In this document: one piece after another, positions 13,189 to 25,034 of the stretch | Layout of the letters: each line of letters begins with the position of its first letter | How positions within the stretch are numbered: position 1 is the stretch's first letter | Origin: Dicyema japonicum | Taxonomy: Eukaryota; Animalia; Dicyemida | DNA length: 64,000 nucleotides | NCBI GenBank assembly: GCA_011109175.1 | Contig: RDEW01000001.1 | Coordinates: 1,378,360-1,442,359, forward strand | Direction: 5' to 3' | Notes under the pieces: model-generated | Databases searched by the model: none | What the model was told of the DNA's origin: nothing | Seen by the model: only the letters and a program-made list of their open reading frames with translations | Program-made: the position numbers and the translations under genes

Positions 13189-16100
13189 ATTATTATTATA
13201 AGCAACTACATAGAATCATATAAACTATAATTCTATTCGTGCCGCGTCTGAACAATCCTCTTAATTAGCCTTTCCCATCCCCTCCTGTCCGATGCCAAGT
13301 GCCGCAGACTACTAAGGTCTTCACCGTCCTTTAGTAGTCTGGTTACTGATCTCAGGTCACCATTAAGGACTTCCGGAAGAGTTATTCTTGGACGACCTCT
13401 GAACTTCTCCCCTGACGTATCGAAGTATTCTTCCATGACGACGTTTGCTGGCGTGTCTTGTTCCAATCTGAGAATATGGCCAAACAATCTCCAGCGAGCC
13501 TTCATGATCATGGTGCTCAGAGGTCCGGAACCGCATCTTCTATATAAATTTTCACTCCCTACACGCATTGGCCACTTTAGTCCCAAGAGAGACCGAAGTT
13601 GCCTTCTGTGAAAGGAGTCAAGGTTTTGTTCGTCCGTTTTCGAAATTCCCCACGTCCCAGAGTTGTATGTTAGTATGGGCCTCACGAACGCCTCATACAA
13701 CCTGAGTCGGAGTGATGGCCCGACCGAGCATTTTCTTATCCAACATTTCATAAGTTTTTGCATAGTAACCGTAGATAACAATTTTCTTCTTGCAATGTCT
13801 TCGGAGTCTCCGAGAAGAGAGCCAAGCTTTACGGTCTTCCTCCAACATTCACTATTGCGTAGTTCCATCCGCTTAATTTCAACAATATCCGTTTTCTGAA
13901 CATTCAGTGATAGACACCATTTGGCCAAACAGCCTGATGCAACCTCCAAGAGACGTAAGAGTGCTTCTTTGTCAGTCGAGATAAAGTCAACATCATCGGC
14001 ATACACGATCTCCATAATATCATTGTTGTAATACTTCCGGAGGTCTTGCAGAGCCGATTCAAGGTATATAGCAAACAATACTGGGGAAAGGGAATCTCCT
14101 TGGGGTGTGCCCACTGTTGAAATAATTTCCCGTGACAAACATTTTCCAATACGCACTCGTAACCTCGTGTTTGATAAGAGTATCCGTATCAGAATAACCG
14201 AGTCCTTATCCAGGAAACTTTCAAGCACTTCAATGAGTTTTCCCCGACGGACAGTGTCGAAAGCTCTGGTCAGATCAATTCCAAGGATAGTCTTTGAGCT
14301 CCGGAATCTTTGTTGAATAGCACATTGCCATCTATGGCACCATACTACATCAGCCGTTGATCTCCCTGTCCTAAAACCACTCTGGCTCTGGGCCAAGTAC
14401 CCGTCCACCGGCTCTTGGATCCGATTAAGAGTAATTAGGGCAAGGATCTTCCTTAAGGTGTTTAGAAGGATGACAGGGCGCAGGTTTTCAACTGGCCCAG
14501 GGGGTTTATTACCTTTTTGAACTGGTACTAGTATCCCCTTTCCAATTTCTGAAAAGTCCTTGTTTTCTATCATGTCATTCAGCAATTTTGAGAGTTTATC
14601 TGCAAGTTCTGGAGGGCCAAATTTTAGCAATTCAGATGGTATATTATCTGGTCCTGGAGAGCGCCCAGATTTAAGTTTCCTTATCGCCATGCAAACCTCC
14701 TCCGGTGAAATGATCCGTTCAAGTGTTGTGTTCTTAGGCGTGAAATCTGATTTTTCTCCTTTTACAAAGAACAGTTGTTCAATATGCGATGCTATGAACT
14801 CTGTCTGTTCTGCAACATTTCCTATTGTTTTTCCATTTCTGTCATGCAAAATAAGTTTCACTGATTGGCTCTTCCTCCGTATTAGTCGTATAGCCATGAA
14901 TGTCGCAGCATTGTCTTTAAGGTTTTCTACCTCTCTGATCTTGCTTTCCAACTGACTAGTGTGATGTAGTCTGTTTAGGAGTTTGATTTTTCTCTCAATT
15001 TGCCTTCGTTCTTGTTTCAGTTTGCAAACAGTCTGAGGATCGACAGTATTTTCGGATCTAAGCCTTAAGTTCTTCTGCAAATTCAATAGGGCTGACACTT
15101 CCGGGTGACGCTGACTGCTATGGGGTTTAAGTTCCCCCAAATGTTTGTCAGCAGCGGAAATGATCCCTCTCATAGTTTCGAGCCATGCCTTTCCTGGTGA
15201 AAGATCCGATGCCGTATTATTAATTGAATCCGATACACATTCTTTATAGTCTGCTTGTACTTTTGGTGAAGAGCCCAAGAGTTCAGTCATATACCTTCTT
15301 GATCGCGTGGAATCTCCACCACGATGTGTTTGGAAGAAGCATCTTCTATTAGTTATCCCGTAGAGGAACTCCTCCGCAGTTGGACCAAGTCTTAAGCTGA
15401 ATCTTGCTGACACAATTTTGTGATCACTGTTAACAGTTAGTCCTCCATAAGATCTCGAGTCCCGTAAGAGAGATTTGTCTTTTACTCGACACAGAATATA
15501 ATCGATCTGATTATAAATCCTTATCAGATTTCCGGTGGTCGATAGTCTAGTGCCCATCCACGTTGTCTTGTGGCGTGCGGAATGTTGGAATTGAGTATTG
15601 CACAGGAATAAATCAAAGGATTCGCAGAAATATGCCAGAGCAGTACCAGAATAGTTCCTGATCCCCCTTCCATGTGGTCCAATAAAACGTTCGTGTCCTT
15701 GATGTACCCCAGCTTTAGCATTCCAATCACCAGCGATAAAGAGGAACGATGAAAACTTCAGAGAAGATACGACCTCGACAAGTTCTTCGTAGAAAACGTC
15801 CAATTCCTCTGGGTTTTTGGAAACACGGCCACTATGTGGGGCGTACACGTTCACAATGGAAATTAGTTGCCTGGACTTCCCTTTGGGTCCAATAAGAAAT
15901 TGAATAACACATATCCTGTCATCAATTTTCCAATATCGATGTAATCTGGGGAGCAAATTCTTGTGAACAGCGAAACCCTGTCCATAGTGTTTACAGTACG
16001 ATGGAAGGAGGATTAGTCTGTAGTCTCCAAGGTTTTCATCGAGTCCTTTTCTGAGCTTCGTCTCTTGGAGACAGCAAACAGAGCATCCATATTTTGCAAG

Positions 16101-16239
16101 GTCCAGACATAGTTGGTGCCTCTTCGACCAGTCATTAAGGCCCCTGGCATTGAAGGTAAGGGTAGAAAACCAGAAAGGATTATTCAAATACGTATTAGAC
16201 ATATGTGCTATAGAGGGACGTCACCACCTCAACCAAAAG
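13189..16239 (-). mobile_element. intact RTE-type non-LTR retrotransposon inserted into the hAT transposase
   Basis: Perfect 13-bp TSD AAAGGCTTTGTTT at 13176-13188 and 16240-16252, a (TAA)n tail, and a 37-nt 5' leader. Removing it restores the hAT frame MTGQFKGFVSIAKNKNP. Confidence 0.97.
13233..16202 (-). CDS. LINE ORF: AP endonuclease + reverse transcriptase, 989 aa
   Basis: Uninterrupted ORF with CLQETK, AGDWNA, NQIDYI, SDH (APE); NLRPVILL, GFRTGRST, QGDSLSP, YADD (RT); and RWRLFGHILRL (RTE-like C-terminus). Confidence 0.97.
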   Translation of the reverse strand: MSNTYLNNPFWFSTLTFNARGLNDWSKRHQLCLDLAKYGCSVCCLQETKLRKGLDENLGDYRLILLPSYCKHYGQGFAVHKNLLPRLHRYWKIDDRICVIQFLIGPKGKSRQLISIVNVYAPHSGRVSKNPEELDVFYEELVEVVSSLKFSSFLFIAGDWNAKAGVHQGHERFIGPHGRGIRNYSGTALAYFCESFDLFLCNTQFQHSARHKTTWMGTRLSTTGNLIRIYNQIDYILCRVKDKSLLRDSRSYGGLTVNSDHKIVSARFSLRLGPTAEEFLYGITNRRCFFQTHRGGDSTRSRRYMTELLGSSPKVQADYKECVSDSINNTASDLSPGKAWLETMRGIISAADKHLGELKPHSSQRHPEVSALLNLQKNLRLRSENTVDPQTVCKLKQERRQIERKIKLLNRLHHTSQLESKIREVENLKDNAATFMAIRLIRRKSQSVKLILHDRNGKTIGNVAEQTEFIASHIEQLFFVKGEKSDFTPKNTTLERIISPEEVCMAIRKLKSGRSPGPDNIPSELLKFGPPELADKLSKLLNDMIENKDFSEIGKGILVPVQKGNKPPGPVENLRPVILLNTLRKILALITLNRIQEPVDGYLAQSQSGFRTGRSTADVVWCHRWQCAIQQRFRSSKTILGIDLTRAFDTVRRGKLIEVLESFLDKDSVILIRILLSNTRLRVRIGKCLSREIISTVGTPQGDSLSPVLFAIYLESALQDLRKYYNNDIMEIVYADDVDFISTDKEALLRLLEVASGCLAKWCLSLNVQKTDIVEIKRMELRNSECWRKTVKLGSLLGDSEDIARRKLLSTVTMQKLMKCWIRKCSVGPSLRLRLYEAFVRPILTYNSGTWGISKTDEQNLDSFHRRQLRSLLGLKWPMRVGSENLYRRCGSGPLSTMIMKARWRLFGHILRLEQDTPANVVMEEYFDTSGEKFRGRPRITLPEVLNGDLRSVTRLLKDGEDLSSLRHLASDRRGWERLIKRIVQTRHE

Positions 16240-17799
16240 AAAGGCTTTGTTTCTATTGCGAAAAATAAAAATCCGAACATTATTCACCCGCATTGTTTTT
16301 TTCATCACGAGGCATTGGCCGCAAAAACTATTGGACATGAACTTAATGTGCTTTGGGCATGGTTGTAAAAATAATTAATTACATCAAAATGAGGCCGTTG
16401 AAATTGCGACAGTTCTCGAAACTGAAAATGCATTCAGTTTTGATTTTGCATACTGAAGCAAGATGGCTCTCTATGAACTAAGACACGAATTGTTGGCTTT
16501 TGGTATACAAGAGAAGTTGGATGACTTTATTGAATGGCTCAATGATGAATGTTGTAAAAGAGGAAGAAGAACTTGCGTTTGTTTCAAGTGACAGAACGTT
16601 AAAAATGGAATATTTACAGCTTGATATTGATTCTTTTCGGCTGATTGTAAAAAATCCTATTCTGGCAAACAAAGCTTAAGAGTTTTGGTCCAGTTTTCAA
16701 CGACTTATCTATGTGAAAGTGGATTTTCTGCATTAACAAAATAAAGCACAAAAAACGCGCGAACCTACTGTATGTGGAAGAAGACCTACGTTTATCCCTG
16801 TCAGGCCAAATCTTACAGAGCTATGCAAGAACATCAACAATCTCACTAACTAGCATTTTATTTTTTTATATTAGTAAAATACTGATAAATGTTAAAAACT
16901 GTATAAGGGTTCCGTTTAAAATGAAAAATGTCGATAGGGTTCCGTGCTCTCAAAAAAATTGGGAACCACTGGCATAGGGACTAAGTGACAGACAATTAAT
17001 GTTTTATTGACTACACAGTTACCCAGCTATCATTAACAACCGGGAACATAAGAAGGGAGATAATATTAAGCAACTGTGCAGATTAGGTTCTAGATTTTAT
17101 TTATAAGTAACCCCAAGATAACGATGAAAAAGAGATGTTAAACACAACTATTAGGTGACCCCAGCTTCCAATAACGACCAAATTCTCCTATCATGATAAT
17201 AAATAAATAAAATTATTCCAAAGACCAAGGGAAAACCAAACTAACTCCTTGATCCTGACGCGTTCCAGCGATTCCAGAACTTGTCTCCAGGTAACGAAAT
17301 TGTCTTCCAGTGGAAAGTATAGTTGGATCCTTTTGATGCTGTCCAGACATTGGGCGTCTCCTCAGTTATGTGGATCCAATGACGCCATCAGAGGGAAGAA
17401 AAATATTTTTTTAACCAACTACCTACAAAGCACCACATGGCGCCACGTGGCCAAAATTGTTAACTATCCTGCGGTTGCTCAGAGATGTCTTTGAAAGTGT
17501 ATTTGTGTACTCTTCACCAAGAATACCGTTCATGAGAAGATTTCTCTGTTCGTTACGGAGAATTACTACGACCATCTTTCCTCCACGATTTATCCGAAAG
17601 ATGGATGATGATGAAGGAAGGGGTCTCTAAAAGAGGTCACAAACGTTATGTCTTTCCTGGATTGAGGTTATTTTGAAAATGGGCAAACCCCCTTGCGAAG
17701 AAAACATATTCCATAAATGGGACGATCACATGATAATAAAGTTTGCTGAACAGGCCACAGTTGGAGGGACTCTTCATTGCAATCGGACTCAAAACATCT

Positions 17800-18945
17800 C
17801 ACTTCCGAGTCCCCTTTATCGGATTTATTCACTGCTGAGGGAGAAGATCTATACCGCGTCTTAGGTGATTCCAAAAATCGTTGGATTCTTTGTCCCTGGA
17901 ATGGAAGTCTAGCCATAGTATATTTCTGGAATTCTTACAAATATTCTGGAGGTTGTGAAAGTTTGTGAGTCGTTGAACAGATTCGTGAAGATGAATTGCG
18001 GAGACTTCGTCCGTGACTTTAAGAGATCGCGAGTGAGAATTTTGTTTCTCTTCAAGTAGTCTTCCATGATGGCATTTGCTGGTGTGCTTGGGTCTATTCT
18101 TAGACTGTGACCAAACAGAATCCAGCATGCCTCTGTGTGTAACATACTTATGTGTCCCGTGAGGCATCTTTCATATAAAGCCTCTTTATCCGTTTACCCA
18201 TTTCAGTCCTAGGAGAAACCGAAGTTGTCTTCTAGGGAATGAGTCGGGTCCCTTCTTTTCGAGCCCATGTTCCCGAATTATTTGTTAGAATCGGCTTCAC
18301 AGTGGCGTCATACAATCTGATACTAAAGGACGTCTTTCTATCCATTCGTTTATTATTTAGTCATAGTTACTATCGATAACAATCCTCGGAATCTCACAAG
18401 AAGGGAACGGAGTTTTGGACTTCCTCAATATTTTTTTTCTATGTGACTCCATCCGATTGATTTTGACAATCTCGGTCTTTGAGAGGAAACAGCTGCCAAC
18501 ACAACGTAAGATCTCGAGTAGCGCAAAAGAGATTTATTCGTTGCTTCCTCCACTTTCCTGGAGAGCTCCTCGAAAAAACATCTGGTTCTTCTAGACTTTT
18601 CGAGACATGACCGATACGCGGGGCGTATACATTGATGATGGAAATTTGTCTTCTGAGTTCATTAGGCCTGAAGCGTATTTGAATAACGCTTATTCCATTA
18701 CTGCTCCCCCAGGAACTGTGTAGTTAATTAAGCAAGTCCTTGTGCACTGAAGACCACATCTATAGTGTCTACAGTCAACAAGAAGTGAAATTAATATGTA
18801 GTCTCCGTGACGATCACCGATGCCTTATTTGAATTTCATCTCTTGATTCCAGCATGCCGATCTTCCGTACTTAGCCAAGTTCTGACTAAGTAAATGTTTC
18901 TTGCGTTGAAGGTAAGGATAGTACCTAACATTAAATCAGACATAA
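17800..18945 (-). mobile_element. heavily deleted, decayed relative of the intact LINE
   Basis: Peptides ACWILFGHSLRIDPSTPANAIMEDY, plus 5' sequence homologous to 16090-16202. Confidence 0.75.
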
Positions 18946-19093
18946 ATTGCAAGAAAGAGTAAAAATAACAAGTTACTCAAAAAATTTTATAAATTTTTAT
19001 TTTTATAAAATGTATATACATAACATTAAAGTAAAATTAAATTTAAATAATATCGGATTTAATTTACTTCTTTGTTGTGGTTAATTTGGTGTA

Positions 19094-19397
19094 ATGAGAT
19101 CCTGCAATCCCCGTATTTGATTCTGTTTAATTAAAGCATCATATCAGGAAGTTATAATTGAAAACACATATTTTAAACCAACAGAGAGGACTTACCTTAT
19201 TTCAAATAGAATAATTGACGAACATGGATGTCCGATATGTGGGGTCACTGTTATTTGTCATGTTTTAGTGTCATCTGCACACTTCCACGTTTACTATTCT
19301 TGGGATTTTGATGGCTGTGTGTTTTTTTCCTTTTGGAATTATTTGCTGTCTTTTAATGAGGGATGAAATGTGCGAAAATTGTGGAAATATCCTTTAA
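19094..19397 (+). CDS. BRI3: brain protein I3 homologue (3 exons)
   Basis: Removing 24-nt and 25-nt introns gives MRSCNPPSYQE...HGCPICGCHLHTSTFTILGILMAVCFFPFGIICCLLMRDEMCENCGNIL*: PPxY, CPxC, hydrophobic segment and CxxC, as in BRI3. Confidence 0.85.
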
Positions 19398-20774
19398 ATA
19401 TCCCTTAATTATTATTATTTAATAATATTCTAATTCTTTTGCAACAAATTATTTTGATGAAATTTTTATTCAATTTTATTGATTTTTTTGTATTTGCGTG
19501 CTCGGTGGTTAATAGGTTATAAGCTTTAGATGATGACGTAGTTTAGGTAAACTATTACTATGCTCGTGCGCTTAGTGTCTATCTCGTAAGGGGTATGTAG
19601 TCTTCGCCTTTATGTACATTTGATGGAATGCAGAACATAATGAAATAATAAAGGTTGTTAGGCGATTAACCCGAAATTGTATCGACTCCTGTATGCACTG
19701 TCTTTGTGTCGACAGATGACAGCTTTTTCATATAACTATTCCCTAATTTGTGATGTGGAATATCGGCATTTAAAAATGCTTTAAACAAAAAGATATCCAA
19801 TTTTCTTCGTTATCTTAAGTAAGAATAAGTTGAGTGGTCTCTATACTTGTAGCATTCAGTCTGATGTCTTTTTCCATTAAGATGTAGATTGGTGTAGTAT
19901 TGTTAGATGATTTTCCTACCTTAGAGCATTTTGGTAGTATAAATCTCCTTTAGGTGTTCTTGTAAATATGTATGAGTTTTGGAAATTGCTTTTGAAATTC
20001 ATTCTTTATTTTGCCTCTGATTTCTAATAGTTTTAATAATTGAGAAAATACAAACCTGTCATTAAATGAAAACTGCTATTACACAAAAAACAATTTATGA
20101 CGTGTAATTTAAAAAGAAATTAAAAAATATTACAAAATTAAAAAATAATTAAAATAATTATGTCATATTTTAGTAAATTTTATTATTGAAATTGGATAAA
20201 TAGGACAATTTCTACCATAGTAACCACTCTTCACTCTGAGAGATCAACCTATTGGTTTGAATCATCAGCTGTAGAGGAACAGAATGCGTCATTCCACCTA
20301 ATTCAGAAGACCTGGGTGGCATCCAAAAAGAATCCCTCTATTCTCTACTCCAGTGGAGAGGTTCCCACAATGACGGATACTTAGAAAGGATACGTCTCAC
20401 TCCTGACAGGAAAACCTTTTTAAGTATTTATTTACCCCCTGTCCTTCAAGTTAAAGCAGTGGCTAACAAAACTCAACTCCCAAGAGCTATTCAGATATAG
20501 TTAGATGAATCTGGTAGAGAGGAGAAATTGAGACGAGTTTAGGACAAAGAAAAGTTATCCGAGTGGTAGTGGCGTACTTTTATTGCACGGAATGTCTTTA
20601 AATTTCAAAGTTGATTTCACCTCCCGTTTCACTATTTCATGAGATTTGACGAAGGAGAAATTAAATACGCGCTAATAATTTTTTTTAAATGCTGGAAGCA
20701 ACTTTCCCTACTGTTAAAATTAAACTCCTCAATTTTACTGCTACGAATTATACTCAGGAACAGTCAGCCTAGTG

Positions 20775-21010
20775 GTTGATTGGTCGAAAGGTTGAGGTGG
20801 TGACGTACTCTATTACACACAACGTTTACATAGCTCCATGTTCATGAAAACCTTTTCTTTTTTATCCTCTACAAAGTGAAGGAGTTAAAAAACGTCAGAA
20901 TTCGAAGATCTGAAACAATGAAAGCGTCAATGGATGTACCACAACTGAAAGAACTTGAAGATAATCTGTCGAAAGCTAAACTTATCTCCAGAGACTTCTT
21001 ACTATCTCAA
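20775..21010 (+). mobile_element. decayed LINE 5' end carrying the shared leader motif
   Basis: GGTTGAGGTGGTGACGT at 20790-20806, followed by sequence similar to 25050-25115. Confidence 0.5.
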
Positions 21011-21969
21011 GAAATTTGCACAACAAAGTGCCTGAAAAGGTAGAATGAGGCATGAAATCCAGGCTTTATATGCTATCTTCTCTACTTTATCTGCAATGTC
21101 CTTCGTACACAAATGTTGTCTATTCCCTAAACAAACTGCTACCAAAAACCGCACACCACCTAATTCACATTTTCCAATTAAATTCCAACTTCAAAGAAGC
21201 CGTAACGTCCCCTAAACCCAGTGGCTCCTCCTTTGAACTCGATAGCTCTCATGTGAGGCAACGTAATTAGTACCCACCGTCGCAGAGTCATTCCAATATC
21301 ACATACAGTTTATCAGAACCAACAGAAAAGGAGGAAAAGATCAATTCCATGCAGTTGTGGGGAACGATCCAATGGGGTGAGAGAAGAGCAAACTCGTCCG
21401 TTCCCCGACTGTTAGCTAACGATCTCAATAAGTCTGAGCCATCGGCGGATTTCAACTTTTTTTAGTGTCTTCAAGTCATTTCCTTAGGACCACAGAGAGC
21501 TACTATGGACCCTCTATGAAAGGCAAACATAATAGTCTTCAGTGGATTAAGCTATCCCCAAGATATTCCCAGTCTCCAGGGAGAATCCGTTATTTCATGC
21601 TTATTGACTTCATCTCACATTTCTTGTATAATTCTATGAGTCAAACTCCTCCAATTCGGTAAGGTCTTTCGCAACCCCCTCCAAACTGTAGTGCATATTT
21701 ATTTATCTCCAGTCGCCTCGACTAAAAGAAACAGGTGGCTAAAAAGAACGTCACAGCCAAGAGCGGATGGTCCCAGAGATCCGACAGGTACACATTAAAA
21801 CTCCTCCTAGCCGCCAACTTAAAAAAATAGTTAATTAAAATTTATTTTAAAATGTTATAATATAAATTTATTTACATTTTTCTTTTAAATTAAAGAAATA
21901 ATTTCATTTCTTTGGTGGAAACTATGATTTAATTGTTTTATTATTATCATATCAACCTGTGCAAAGAAG

Positions 21970-22330
21970 ATCAATTTTGTAAAGGCCTTCCTTTGGAACT
22001 GTGGAGGAATTTATCCGCCAGGTATCGGGACCCTCTACAAGCAGTATGTCGAGCCAACAATAGGCTATGCATGTGCTGCATGGGGATCTAACCTGTCGGC
22101 AACGAACCTAACAAAATTCAAGATATCAGTCAAGAGCAAAAAAGTTACTAATATATACAGATAAAGAAATTGCCCCCAGAGCACTCGAGTCTATCATAGA
22201 GGCAACTGGAGGCAATTTCAGAAGAGAAAAGGAAAAAGACCCCCGTCCGTATAGAAAATGCGTGGGATCACAGTCGGAGCATCGAGAAAAAATGGCCCGA
22301 TTATTGAGAGATGCCGGGATCACCTGAATA
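21970..22330 (+). mobile_element. LINE RT C-terminal fragment
   Basis: LYKQYVEPTIGYACAAWGS, related to 57830-57890. Confidence 0.6.
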
Positions 22331-22364
22331 TTATTTATTGGTTAAGACGGTGTTTCTTTGGCTT

Positions 22365-22570
22365 AAATAATAATAATTATTGAAAAGCACCCGAGAAAAC
22401 AAAAATTACTTAAGTTTCCCTTGTGCCATATTCCTAATCATCCTCTCCGTCAACCTCGACCATGATCCTCTGTTGCGCGCTAGTTCTCTTAGGTAGTCCA
22501 GATCGTCCGTCGAAGTTAGTCTTGTACCAACCGCTGATAGGTTTTTGTTCAAGATAGTCGGTAGTGTCTG
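22365..22570 (-). mobile_element. RTE-family 3' end
   Basis: Reverse complement matches 49385-49515, which ends in a TAA-repeat tail. Confidence 0.7.
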
Positions 22571-22651
22571 TCTAATTACAACCATAACTTTGACGAATTC
22601 AAATCCATTTGCTAAAAATACCTAAGTGTGATCTCATCCCTAAAGCAATTT

Positions 22652-22740
22652 TCAACATCAACCATAATCAATACCTAATCACTATCTAACATCAACCACA
22701 ATCAATACATAACATCAATCATAATCAATACCTAATCTCA
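22652..22740. repeat. short imperfect tandem repeat (AACATCAACCATAATCAATACCTAATC-like, about 3 copies)
   Basis: Units seen at 22652, 22688 and 22711. Confidence 0.7.
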
Positions 22741-23575
22741 TTACTAATCAACGACTAAATCTAATCTCCACGTTAAGCCAAAAAGATTAAAAAAATATTT
22801 CTTGAAATTCCAAGTAAATTTTTATTTTTAAATATAAATAAAGTTTTCTGTTAATTAAGAATAATAAAATATCATTAATAAAATATTATTAAAATGACAC
22901 TATTCATATTGAATGTTTTTTTGCTACTTTATGTTTTTAAATATTAACGAATTTAACTAAAAATTACACAATTCAACTAAGAAAAATCTGATTATCCAGA
23001 GAACTAATTTTTATTTTGATTAGTTCTTGTGGAGTCCCACGTACGGACGGTGACATTTGACACTTTAAATGTTGTAGGCGAGTTGAAGAGACAGACGATA
23101 TTAATGTGGTAACCAAGAATGTTATTCGGTTCTTCAAGTATCGAAAAATTATTTTAGGCAGTCTAATTTGATTGATTTAAATAAAGTGAAGGGTTAGGTC
23201 AAATTTAAAAGCGTTAATGAATTGGGGTTAACAACACACTTGATTACTTTATCAAAAAATAAATTTTTCTTTATCACCCCTTCTAACCGCCAGTATTTTT
23301 CGATTTTCCAGAATTGGCAGTTAGGAAGAGTCTTACTGTATTTGGTTCTAAGCAGAACTCGAGCTGAACCCAGGCAAGAGAGGAGGTAACCCGTAGTCTG
23401 ATCGTCAAGAAGGTACGATATGCATAGTGGAGAGGACGATTGTCAAGCTAATCACAAGGCTACCTAACAATAAACAATTGTAGCTAATTAAATTAGAATT
23501 TAATAAATCTCAATTGAAGTAATAAAGTGGTTTTTATTAAACCTTGAAATAAAAAGGAATAAAATATATAATAGT

Positions 23576-24886
23576 TTATTTCCCTACAAAATGATTTTGA
23601 ATCCTGGTTTTTATCCTTTTGAGGACAAAACAACAGCTAAGTATTAAACACAACGAAAACCCAAGATTTTCCTCGTTGTCATATTCTTTAAAAAGCGAAT
23701 GAGTCTTCAACTCTGTATTCTAGGATTTTGACAAACTAGTACTTTGTATAAATTTGACGGTTGGACGTTGACAATCGCAGGTTCTCGGGGCTACAAAGTT
23801 AGAGATGACTCCTTACGACAGAAGGGTGCTTTCCAACCCAGTCGAAGTTCCAATCGCACTGAAGATTCTTCCGGATTATCAGTTTGTGGAAGATACTCCT
23901 CAGATGGGCGTAATCGGGTTTATCAGTAAACCCCAATTCTCGGGAATAAGACAGAAAAGTCTTAAATTCCGCTAAAATAGGCATTGTGACACCCACCTGG
24001 TAAACCGTGACACAAATCTGATATGGAGGTCGCCTGCTTAGACTCCCCAATTTTTCTATATCTGTCTGAGAGGGACTCAGTCTTAATTCCCTGCCAGGGC
24101 AGATTCCCCCGAAGAAAATAGAAAAGCATGTGTCCCAATGACTCCAAGTCATCCCTTCTACTCTGTTCTGCAATATTGCCGAAATAATATGACCTCTTCC
24201 AAGATGACTGTTGATGCTCATATAACGTGCGGTCCCAGTGAGGCTCTTTTGCTCTCTGTAGGGAATATGCTGACCTGTCTCTCTGTTTATGAACTCCTTG
24301 GCCAATCCAAAGTCGACGATATGGATTATATGACTCTTGTTGGGGACAGACTTGTGGCCAATCAGAAAATTCTCAGGTTTGATGTCTCTGTAGACGATTC
24401 CCTGAGAATGGATGTATTCGAGACGTTGAAGCTAGGACAATTACCACGTGGAATACCAGTTGGATGGAAATCATGGCGACAGTCTTAACGGAAAACTTCC
24501 GATTACAGCAGTTGAATAGATTCTCGAGGTTAGGACCAAGAAGTTCGATGACCAAGGCGTTGTAGCGATTGGAAGGACCAAAATAATACACATATGGTAT
24601 TCCATCTTAAATTTATGTGAAAACGAACCTCCACCACGCAGTCTCCCGTAGAATTTGTATTCCAGGTGTAGTTGAGGGGTCTTACACCTAATTTGCTCCT
24701 ATTAGTGATTTGGAACTGATTTACTAATTTTATGGCCACATATTCGTTTGTATGGACGTTTCTCCCCAGTCTAATCTCCCCAAAATTCCCTGATCCAATT
24801 TTTCGTCCGACTTTGTAGCTTGATCCTACCATTAGAATTCCCTTATTTTGATTGGTGTGATAGGAATCGTTAAGTGAGTTATCCAT
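23576..24886 (-). CDS. CSNK1G: casein kinase I gamma (gilgamesh-like), multi-exon
   Basis: [58 protein letters not shown]. Spliced C-terminus [13 protein letters not shown] resembles the CK1-gamma palmitoylation tail. Introns 23-26 nt. Confidence 0.95.
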
Positions 24887-25034
24887 CTATCACAATAAAA
24901 ACAAGATGATTATAATTATTTTTTAAATATTCGATAAATTAATAATTTTAATATTTAATTCAAATTATTTAAACTGGATGCCGTCTATTTTCATTCGAGT
25001 TGAATATTCAATAATTTTTGCTCTATACCGGTTA

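Larger units (their letters stand above)
12358..16971 (+). mobile_element. decayed hAT DNA transposon, Buster/Charlie (SCAND3/ZBED8-like) type
   Basis: TIRs CAGTGCTTCCCAA / TTGGGAACCACTG. Degenerate 8-bp TSD ATATAGGG / GCATAGGG with central TA. Transposase fragments: BED finger, QLLVFVR, CTDGAPAMTG, HCFFHHEALA, STTYLCESGFS. Confidence 0.9.

Noticed and set aside
13663-14955. Plus-strand ORFs of 69-131 aa
   Set aside because: Antisense shadows of the intact LINE ORF with no independent motifs.
19457-20030. Ig-domain gene suggested by SGLYTC
   Set aside because: Probably coding, but I could not build a stop-free exon chain; one short motif is insufficient.
22652-22740. CRISPR-like array
   Set aside because: Repeats are imperfect and adjacent with no unique spacers, no cas genes, and the context is eukaryotic.
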